Virus record (IMG/VR): IMGVR_UViG_3300043449_002191
Location: 1 to 64,000 of that record
Direction: 5' to 3' (one strand)
From: a virus
Length of the DNA stretch: 64,000 nucleotides
Both the position numbers and the translations under genes were made by a program. Under the pieces are notes generated by a model, which was not told the origin of the DNA, ran no database searches, and saw only the letters and a list, made by a program, of their open reading frames with translations. Every line of letters starts with the position of its first letter. Positions within the stretch are counted from its first letter, which is position 1. Below, piece after piece: positions 1-7,658 of this stretch.

Positions 1-2
1 AT

Positions 3-3000
3 GTTAGAAAAGCAATAGCTTCAAACCCAAACCTTGATCCTGTACATCATGCTAAACTAGTTAATGATGCAAAGCCTGATGTTAGAGAAGCAATAGCTGA
101 AAATCCATCTTACATAAAATGGTTAGAAAACCAAAAAAACGAATCTCTAATTAAAATGTCTAGACCTAAAATCACATTCCCTCAAATGGGAGTTGGAACT
201 AGACCCGACCAAGAAGTTCAGTTGGTAGAGACTCCTAGACAAAAGAAGCTTTTTGCTCGCAAAGTTGCTCAACAAAAAATACCAGACAAAGTAGCTACAA
301 CACTTACTGCGGATTATCAACCTAAAGAAGTAAAAGTTTCTATGCAGGCTTCTAGAGATAGAGAAACAAAGAAACTCGTAAACACCCTTTCCGGCAGGAC
401 TTTAGGACTAAGTGCTACTACGCCTACAAAACCTTTTTCAGTTACTTTAGCCGGAAAAGAGCGCTCTAAGTTCGAAGAAGGCGATGAAGAGTACAAAAAG
501 AAATTAAGTGAACATGAACAAAAAACAAAAGCACTAAAGTTAGGCTATAAGCAAGCGTTAGATGAATGGTGGAATAAAAAATATCAAGCAACCCTCAGAG
601 GCGACCCTGGCGCTCTTACAATAGAAGAGTTAAAAACAACAAAGCCTGTAGAGCCCAAATACCCCAGGAGACCGTCTAAAAAGAAAGTTGACACTAGCAA
701 ACTTTCACCTGAGAAAATTAAAGCCCGTGGCCAATCAGTTGATTCAACCATACATCATGAAGCTTTCCATGATAGTTTAGCTAGAATTAAAGCAAAACAC
801 GGACAAAAGGCTTATTCTGGAGTACTCCAAGGGCTTTTGAGTCATTATGACAAAGACACTCTTACTCATGTAGGCACATTTATAAGCAAAGTCCTTGGGT
901 ATAAACCTAGAACCCCATCCTTTTCAGAAGAACTTGTTACCCATAGCAGAGATATTTTAGCAAACGATGCTAAAAGAAAAAAGTTCGTAGAATTCATTAA
1001 AAAGATGAATCCTGAAAAAGGTGAAGAAAAAGCTAAAGAAGTTATCCAAAAAATGAAAAAAGGCCATCAAAAGGCTTATGAGTGGTCACAAAAATTAAAG
1101 CCAGAAGATGTATTAAAGTCTATACTTTTGTCGGATAATCTCAACAAAGCAGAAGACTTAGAAAAAGGTGCAGCTAGACGTTTATATGGAAAATTTAATC
1201 CACAAAAAGAGCTGGAAGAAACTGACAACGAAATGTCAGATTGGGTTACTGGAAATAGTGAATCCCGTGAAAAAATCCCAGATCCATCGCCAAACGCTAA
1301 ATTAAGGATGATGAATAAGCTTTCATCAAAAGCTCAAGTAAGAATTAATCCACAAACAAAACAAAGAGAGTTTTTACTGCACAGACAAATGTCTGATTAT
1401 GAATATGATGAAAACGCAAAAAATGGCAGAATAAATCATAATCCGTCAACTGATAACAGCGGCCACACCTCTTGGAGTTCAAACTTGGACAAAATTTACT
1501 CTGGAATATATTCCAGAGATTCTTTTGATAAAGATGACAACCAAAGTTATAATCATATAGTTTCTGCATGGATTCCAGAATCTCATATAAAAACTATACC
1601 CATTCAATACGGTGCTGCAGGAACTCAAAGTCGCAAAAAAGAAAACGGACCCCCAACAAGCACTTCTCAGAAAGAGCAAGAAGTTATCGTGAATCCAGGC
1701 CATAATTCTGAAATACATGAAGTATATAAAGATACTGGCGCAGATCCTGAAAACTGGAATTGGCAGAAAACTTTCCAAAAATCAGAATCATTAGAAAAAG
1801 GCTTAAAAGGCGATTGGCAAAAAGAAGGCTACACAATGCAGCATTCCCATAATTCTGATTTAAACCAACACAGAATTACAGCTTTTACCCCAAAAGGCGA
1901 TGTAGCTGGCTCATTTATATTTGAGCAAGGTCCAACTGGATTTATGGCTACATCTGCCCACGTAAAACCAGAGCATCAGCGAAAAGGTCTTGCCTCATCA
2001 GCTTACCAGCTATTTGAAAATAGATCTGGACAAAAGTTGATGCCTCATACAGGCAGATTTGGTGAAAGTAAACAGTCCCCAGATGCTGAAGCACTATGGG
2101 CTAATCCAAATAAAACTTTCGGTAAATCAGAAGATTTTGGAAAAAACAATTATTCTTTTGTTGGAACTTGTATAGATATTGGCAAAGAAAATCACCAATT
2201 AACTAATATTGGCGATGCATCTGATTGGGACAGAATGACGACAGAAGAATCTGTACCTATTTCAAAACAAAAATTTGAAAACTATACAGGTAAAAAATAT
2301 AAAAATGCTATATCTTTTGGAATACATCCAGAACATAAATTTATATGGGCAGAACTTCCACATTCAGATGGGGTTGGGACAGTACATCATTATTATTTTA
2401 AAAACTTCGGTAAATCAGAAGATTTAATTAAAACAGAAACAAAGATTAAACAGCTAGCAAATCAGTATGCTACCAATAAAGGCATGAAGTTAAGCCATAA
2501 CTACCAAGTCAATCTTAATCCAGATCACGGTAAAGCTGTAGCTCATGCTTACGACCAAATGAAGCATGACCCAGAACATCCAGAAACAAAAGCCGCATAT
2601 AATGCCCTTATCGGTGAAACTGGTGACCAATTCCAGCATCTAATGAATAGTGGGCTTAAAATATCTAGAATGCAGCCTGGGCAGGAAAATCCATACAAAT
2701 CTTCTAAAGATATGCTACATGACCTCCATGTAAATAATCATTTATGGTATTATCCTACTGAACAAGGATTTGGAGATAGTGAACAAGAAAAGGCGCACCC
2801 CATGCTCCAAACTACTAAATTCTCTGACAACAAAAACCCACTTTTAGCTAATGATATTTTTAGAATTGTCCATGACGCTTTTGGACATGGATTAACTAAT
2901 TCTACTTTTGGGCCTAAAGGCGAACACGCTAGTTATTTAGCGCATAAAGAAATGTTTAGCCCTCTAGCTCAAAAGGCACTAACTACTGAGACTTTAGGCC

Positions 3001-3128
3001 AGAACAGTTGGGTAAACTTTGGACCTAAAGGTGAACATAACAGGAAAAATCCTGAGCAAACGATTTTCGCAGAACAAAAAGCCGGACTTTTACCTGAATC
3101 TATTTTAAAAGGTAAATGGCATGAATAG
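3..3128 (+). CDS. 5'-truncated polyvalent/polyprotein (LRV/HEAT-like repeats, HExxH module, ART-like, GNAT, unknown module, HDxFGH module); probable virion head cargo
   Basis: The frame is open from nt 3 (VRKAIASNPNLDP...VREAIAENP...QKNESLIK-MSRPK), so ATG156 is probably internal. Motifs: HHEAFH; LLHR..TSWSS..EQEVIV; VKPEHQRKGLAS; HDAFGH. Modules are separated by KxExLxK linkers. Confidence 0.75.
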   Translation, partial: VRKAIASNPNLDPVHHAKLVNDAKPDVREAIAENPSYIKWLENQKNESLIKMSRPKITFPQMGVGTRPDQEVQLVETPRQKKLFARKVAQQKIPDKVATTLTADYQPKEVKVSMQASRDRETKKLVNTLSGRTLGLSATTPTKPFSVTLAGKERSKFEEGDEEYKKKLSEHEQKTKALKLGYKQALDEWWNKKYQATLRGDPGALTIEELKTTKPVEPKYPRRPSKKKVDTSKLSPEKIKARGQSVDSTIHHEAFHDSLARIKAKHGQKAYSGVLQGLLSHYDKDTLTHVGTFISKVLGYKPRTPSFSEELVTHSRDILANDAKRKKFVEFIKKMNPEKGEEKAKEVIQKMKKGHQKAYEWSQKLKPEDVLKSILLSDNLNKAEDLEKGAARRLYGKFNPQKELEETDNEMSDWVTGNSESREKIPDPSPNAKLRMMNKLSSKAQVRINPQTKQREFLLHRQMSDYEYDENAKNGRINHNPSTDNSGHTSWSSNLDKIYSGIYSRDSFDKDDNQSYNHIVSAWIPESHIKTIPIQYGAAGTQSRKKENGPPTSTSQKEQEVIVNPGHNSEIHEVYKDTGADPENWNWQKTFQKSESLEKGLKGDWQKEGYTMQHSHNSDLNQHRITAFTPKGDVAGSFIFEQGPTGFMATSAHVKPEHQRKGLASSAYQLFENRSGQKLMPHTGRFGESKQSPDAEALWANPNKTFGKSEDFGKNNYSFVGTCIDIGKENHQLTNIGDASDWDRMTTEESVPISKQKFENYTGKKYKNAISFGIHPEHKFIWAELPHSDGVGTVHHYYFKNFGKSEDLIKTETKIKQLANQYATNKGMKLSHNYQVNLNPDHGKAVAHAYDQMKHDPEHPETKAAYNALIGETGDQFQHLMNSGLKISRMQPGQENPYKSSKDMLHDLHVNNHLWYYPTEQGFGDSEQEKAHPMLQTTKFSDNKNPLLANDIFRIVHDAFGHGLTNSTFGPKGEHASYLAHKEMFSPLAQKALTTETLGQNSWVNFGPKGEHNRKNPEQTIFAEQKAGLLPESILKGKWHE

Positions 3129-3675
3129 GCATAAAAGGTCTACCGAAGAGTATAAAAAAGAATTAAACCAAATGAATAGCGATCACACCTTATCTAAAGC
3201 GGCCCCTGATTATAAGACTCAGGCCAGCTCAGGAGTAATTGCTTACTATCCAGTTTCATTTCGTGGCAAAAAGCTTTCTGATGAAGGTGTCCCGTTCCAC
3301 ATGACTGTAAAATTTTTTGGACATAAAGACTCCCTAGATCTTAATGATGTTAAGCAAAGAGTGGAAAAACACAGAGCATTACTGTCCCAGCCTGTAGATG
3401 AAAAAGATATAATGGCTATTCCTCACAAGTTTAAAACTCAGACAGGCATCACTCATCACGTTTTATTGTTACATGGTGTTCCAGACCATGTTAAGCAAGT
3501 ATATGAAAACAATAAGGATATTGGAGCTACTTATAAAAGTTTTGCCCCACATATCACTGTTTCTGAAGAAATCTATAACCAATTAAACGGTAAACCAGCC
3601 AGAGCTACAGACTTAGGTATTAAGTTTCATCCTGCTGAGTTCAAGGTAGGCGACCAAGTACATAAGACTTTTTAG
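3121..3675 (+). CDS. 2H phosphoesterase (2'-5' RNA ligase / Acb1-like fold)
   Basis: Two HxT motifs (PFHMTVKF, APHITVS) about 84 aa apart; N-terminal leader ends in TLSK-A. Confidence 0.75.
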   Translation: MNRHKRSTEEYKKELNQMNSDHTLSKAAPDYKTQASSGVIAYYPVSFRGKKLSDEGVPFHMTVKFFGHKDSLDLNDVKQRVEKHRALLSQPVDEKDIMAIPHKFKTQTGITHHVLLLHGVPDHVKQVYENNKDIGATYKSFAPHITVSEEIYNQLNGKPARATDLGIKFHPAEFKVGDQVHKTF

Positions 3676-3679
3676 AAAC

Positions 3680-3688
3680 CCTAATCTT
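3680..3688 (+). promoter_or_regulatory. CCTAATCTT putative late promoter (first of 15 copies)
   Basis: Exact copies at 3680, 6736, 7625, 10522, 14199, 17875, 19882, 29572, 30699, 32810, 33731, 39703, 42370, 50852 and 53571, each within ~100 nt upstream of a + strand start. Confidence 0.85.
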
Positions 3689-3711
3689 TTTAATAGAATA
3701 TTGGGGAGCTT

Positions 3712-6700
3712 ATGGCTGAGCGTAAAGAAGAAAAGAAGATTTCTATTCCTAAAAAAGAATTAGTCCAGGAACACAAGCATTTAGTTAGTGTCCTTGAATC
3801 CCCTTCTCATAAAGATGATATTGCAGAAGCTACAAAGCAACGTAAAGAATTAAAGGGATATACTAAAAAAGCAGACCCACTTGCATCAGAACTTACATCT
3901 GAAAAAGGTGTTTCAGAATCTGGCATTGAAGCAAGAAGAGCCGACCCAAAACAAAAAGGTCTAGTGTCACATGGATATGCTAGAATTACTTCACCAGAAA
4001 AGCATGGCGAAAGAGCTAAAAACTATTTCAGGCAGACGTTAAATAAACTTAAAGCTCAAGCTAAGCCAAATCTCCCTAAATCTGAAGAAGCCATGGAAAA
4101 GTCTACAGCCCTAGAAAGATACCTTAAAGCAAAAGGTAAAAGTAAATGGGAAGCGAGAGCTAAAAGATCAGCAGGTACTCCAAAAGGTGTTCATACCCCC
4201 ACAAAAGTTAAAGGTGGAAATAGTGAAGCTGGTGATTTTGCTATAGGAAGAAAAGTTCCAGCAAACGATTACGATTTTTCTCCAAACAGAACAGCCGGAA
4301 AAGAAAAAGCAAGATCTTTACACGCAAACAAATTAAAAGAACTTCGCAATATGCCTAAGCCAAATCTACCTAAATCTGAATATGAAGATATTGATAATGA
4401 TGGCAAGAATGATGCACAAGAATCTCATGGCCAGATTAATAGAAAAAAAGCTGATTTAAATCAAGATGGCAAAATTACTCACAAAGAAGCTGTAAAAGCA
4501 TCTAGCATGAAAAAAGAAGAGCTAGACAAAAAAGATAGATGCTGGGATGGATATAAACCAGTCCCTGGTAAAAAGCCGTATGAAAAAGGTTCTTGCGCCC
4601 CAATTGAAAAGTCAGAAGAAGTTCCATGCACCTGTGGAGCTGAAGATATCAAAAAAGACGAAAAGCCTTTTCATGGGTACAATAAAGAAAAGCATTCAAA
4701 GTCTGGCGGATTAAATGATAAATACCGTAAAAAGTATAATCGTGAAACTGGCTCTAATTTACAACGTCCAAGTAAAGATAAAGACAATTCTAGGCATAAA
4801 TCATTTTGTGCAAGAATGTCTGGAGTAAAAGGTCCAACTTCAAAAGAAGGAAAACTTACCCCTAAAGGCGCAGCTTTAAAAAGATGGAATTGCTCTAAAA
4901 ACGATGACGCTAAAAATCTTACTAAAGATGAATCAGCAGCAACTGCCGTTGCACCAAAAATCTGGTCTATTAAGCATCAGCCAACAGAACAGGGCGGTTT
5001 TGTACATTTTTCTCATCCACAACACGGAACTGTAACAATTAAGAAAAACCCAAGACCTGGACTTGCTACTGAAAACCCGTATGTTGCTGTTCACAATGGA
5101 GCCCCTGTTGGTAGATATAAGGATATCCATACTGCGGTCCATGGTGTAAAAAATTATGTTAGTACTTTGGGTAAACAGACTAATACTAGAATGATTAACA
5201 GACCAGTTGCAAAATCTGAATATTTTAAGCTTAAGCTTGAATCATTAAAAAAAGCTGGGTGGGGATTTGGACTTGGCGGAACTTGGGGATTTCACACTAT
5301 TAATAATGATGAAAGCTCTAATAGATTTGGTAAAGATGATCAAGACCCTAAAGTTTGGCCAGAAGATCACCCAGACTACCGTCATCATTCAAAAAACGCA
5401 ACTCCATATACAGGAGCTGGAGTAACTCGTAATAGTCGTGGCGGAGCTAGCGTTTCAGTTGGTAGTAGAGGTCATTATATTGATGCAGATCAAGTTCCGC
5501 ATATAATTAACGCTCTTACTAGAGGTAAAAAGGCAACAGTAGAATCTAAAGGTTTTGGAAGAAAAGCTGAATACGGGCCAGAGCATCTTGAAGAGTTTAA
5601 GAAAGTTTTTTCTAAAAAGACAGAAGGCTTAGGTAAATCAGAAAAGCTAAAAAAAGATGAAGGCAGTTCATCTTATGTAGATGGCTATTTAAATAAGATG
5701 GACAAATCCCTAAAGACTTTTCTTTTACACAAAGACCGAAATGTTGATTCTATAGTTAATTCTGCATTAAATAAAGGGCAAAAAGAAAAAGCTTTACATA
5801 AATTAAAATCTCAAGAAAAATATTTAAGACGAGGATATGAATTTTCAAAATTTGTTAAAGATTCTAAAAATTCTCAAACGGGTCCTCAAATTAAAACTGG
5901 AACTTTAAGTGGAGCAAAATATAAAGATCGCCCAATTCCAAAATTCGGTATTGTCGCTGGCCATACTTGCCCACAAAAAGGTAATTGTTTTGGTACTTGT
6001 TATGCATTGCAAGGCCAATATGATATGAATAAAAATCTTATTACAAATAATGTCAATAATTGGGCTGCAGCAGAGAGAGATGATTTTGTACCTAAAATGT
6101 CAGAACATATTAGCAAAACTGTTCACCCAGGCTCTCTTTTTAGAATTCATGATTCTGGAGATTTTTATAGTCAAGATTACCTAGACAAATGGAGAGATAT
6201 CGCAAAAAACCATCCAGATAAAACCTTTTATGCATATACTAAATCATTAAATTTAAACTTTGATGATATCGATAAGCTTCCAAATTTTAAGATAATTAGA
6301 TCTATTGGAGGTCAGCAAGATGATAAGATTGACCCAAGTAAGCCCCATGCTGTAATTTTTCCTAATATAGAAGAGCTGCACAAGAACGGATACACCTATG
6401 TTGGCGATAACGATGCTTTAGCCGCAGATCCAAATGTCACAAAAATAGGACTAGTCCATCACGGTACTAAAGGTAGAGATTTTCATCCAAATATTTATTC
6501 ACATTTAGGGATAAATCTAGCTGATACAAAAGTTAGAAAAGCCCCTAAAGCAGATAAAAAACCTAAATTAAAACAAGAGTCTAGTCCAAGTTTTGATGTT
6601 AAACTCATTAAAAATGAAATAGCTAATAACCAAGAAAGTTTATCTGGACATACTTTAGACCAGCCAGATTTAATGAATAGACTTATGGATGATTATAAAT

Positions 6701-6750
6701 TGAATAATTATTTTAAAGCTAAATTGGCTAAAAACCCTAATCTTAAGTAG
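3712..6750 (+). CDS. Polyprotein with duplicated KPNLPKSE module, EF-hand-like loops, CWxGY motif, DUF6321-like module and Gp88-like (radical SAM-related) domain
   Basis: DIDNDGKND and DLNQDGKIT; CWDGY..GSC; GGLN..RKKYNRETGSNL..KSFCARM..RWNC; TCPQKGNCFGTCYA..RIHDSGDFY..FYAYTKS; many KSE/KKDE linkers. Confidence 0.65.
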   Translation: MAERKEEKKISIPKKELVQEHKHLVSVLESPSHKDDIAEATKQRKELKGYTKKADPLASELTSEKGVSESGIEARRADPKQKGLVSHGYARITSPEKHGERAKNYFRQTLNKLKAQAKPNLPKSEEAMEKSTALERYLKAKGKSKWEARAKRSAGTPKGVHTPTKVKGGNSEAGDFAIGRKVPANDYDFSPNRTAGKEKARSLHANKLKELRNMPKPNLPKSEYEDIDNDGKNDAQESHGQINRKKADLNQDGKITHKEAVKASSMKKEELDKKDRCWDGYKPVPGKKPYEKGSCAPIEKSEEVPCTCGAEDIKKDEKPFHGYNKEKHSKSGGLNDKYRKKYNRETGSNLQRPSKDKDNSRHKSFCARMSGVKGPTSKEGKLTPKGAALKRWNCSKNDDAKNLTKDESAATAVAPKIWSIKHQPTEQGGFVHFSHPQHGTVTIKKNPRPGLATENPYVAVHNGAPVGRYKDIHTAVHGVKNYVSTLGKQTNTRMINRPVAKSEYFKLKLESLKKAGWGFGLGGTWGFHTINNDESSNRFGKDDQDPKVWPEDHPDYRHHSKNATPYTGAGVTRNSRGGASVSVGSRGHYIDADQVPHIINALTRGKKATVESKGFGRKAEYGPEHLEEFKKVFSKKTEGLGKSEKLKKDEGSSSYVDGYLNKMDKSLKTFLLHKDRNVDSIVNSALNKGQKEKALHKLKSQEKYLRRGYEFSKFVKDSKNSQTGPQIKTGTLSGAKYKDRPIPKFGIVAGHTCPQKGNCFGTCYALQGQYDMNKNLITNNVNNWAAAERDDFVPKMSEHISKTVHPGSLFRIHDSGDFYSQDYLDKWRDIAKNHPDKTFYAYTKSLNLNFDDIDKLPNFKIIRSIGGQQDDKIDPSKPHAVIFPNIEELHKNGYTYVGDNDALAADPNVTKIGLVHHGTKGRDFHPNIYSHLGINLADTKVRKAPKADKKPKLKQESSPSFDVKLIKNEIANNQESLSGHTLDQPDLMNRLMDDYKLNNYFKAKLAKNPNLK

Positions 6751-6766
6751 GTAAAGAGGTAATAAA

Positions 6767-7366
6767 ATGGATAAAAAACAACTTTTAGAAATGACTAAAG
6801 CTTTACTTATTAAAGCTCAAAAAGATGGCCTTAAAAAAGATGATATGCCACATCCTGCTAATTCCCCAGAAGACAAGGCTCATGATATCGTAGAAGAGGA
6901 TGAAAGCATTAAGCAAGCCTTGGCTATCCTAGATACTCCTGAAAAACAAGCTAAAATGTTTGAACACCTCCGCTCTTTGTCTGATAAAGAAAGTCTCCGT
7001 TCACCTGAAAATCAAGAAGCAGGTAAGGAAATGGAAAAATCAGCAATTGAGATCGTAAAAGGATTGCTTAAGAAGTCCCAAGAAAACCCTGCTGAGTTTG
7101 AAGAAATGGCTAAGGCTTTGATGCCAGCCCCTGCTACACCCCCTGCTGCTCCAAAAGGCACCGCAAAAGCTCCTGCAGCTAAAATGCCTAAAGCACCTAA
7201 AATGCCTAAAAGTCCAGCTGCTCCTGCTCCTCAGATGATGAAAGAGGAAAAAAAGGAAAAAAAGGAAGAAATGGAAAAATGCGGTCCAATGAAGATGAGC
7301 AAAGAAGAGATTAAAGAAGATTTAAAGAAGGAATGGAAGCCTAAATTCAAAAAGGAATCTAAATAA
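6767..7366 (+). CDS. Charged, helical scaffold-like head protein
   Basis: Lys/Glu/Pro/Ala rich; repeated EMEKS, LKKS, EMAKA, EMEKC motifs; follows a CCTAATCTT box. Confidence 0.45.
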   Translation: MDKKQLLEMTKALLIKAQKDGLKKDDMPHPANSPEDKAHDIVEEDESIKQALAILDTPEKQAKMFEHLRSLSDKESLRSPENQEAGKEMEKSAIEIVKGLLKKSQENPAEFEEMAKALMPAPATPPAAPKGTAKAPAAKMPKAPKMPKSPAAPAPQMMKEEKKEKKEEMEKCGPMKMSKEEIKEDLKKEWKPKFKKESK

Positions 7367-7629
7367 TGTCACAAAAGAAACGTGAGATTAAAAAAGAATA
7401 TACCATTGTTGGCCAGAAAGCTGAAGAAAATCAAACTCTTACAGCTAATCAGCCACAGCCTATGCATATTCAAATTTCTTTTGATCAATGGTGGTTACAA
7501 ACGCAACAAAAATATAACTTTAAAACTGACCTTAAAGAGGCCCTGAAGAAACACTTTGAAGCCAAAGGTTTCATGGACGATAGTAGGAATTTCGATAAAG
7601 GGTTGAAAGATTTTGGGTTTAATACCTAA
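7366..7629 (+). CDS. Hypothetical virion protein
   Basis: TAATG-coupled to the previous ORF; lies just before the sheath gene. Confidence 0.6.
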   Translation: MSQKKREIKKEYTIVGQKAEENQTLTANQPQPMHIQISFDQWWLQTQQKYNFKTDLKEALKKHFEAKGFMDDSRNFDKGLKDFGFNT

Positions 7630-7658
7630 TCTTTTATATAGGCAGTGGAGGATTAAAA

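Noticed and set aside
156-158. ATG156 as the start of the first gene
   Set aside because: The frame is open to the window edge with LRV/HEAT-like repeats, there is no SD, and the Met follows a linker motif.
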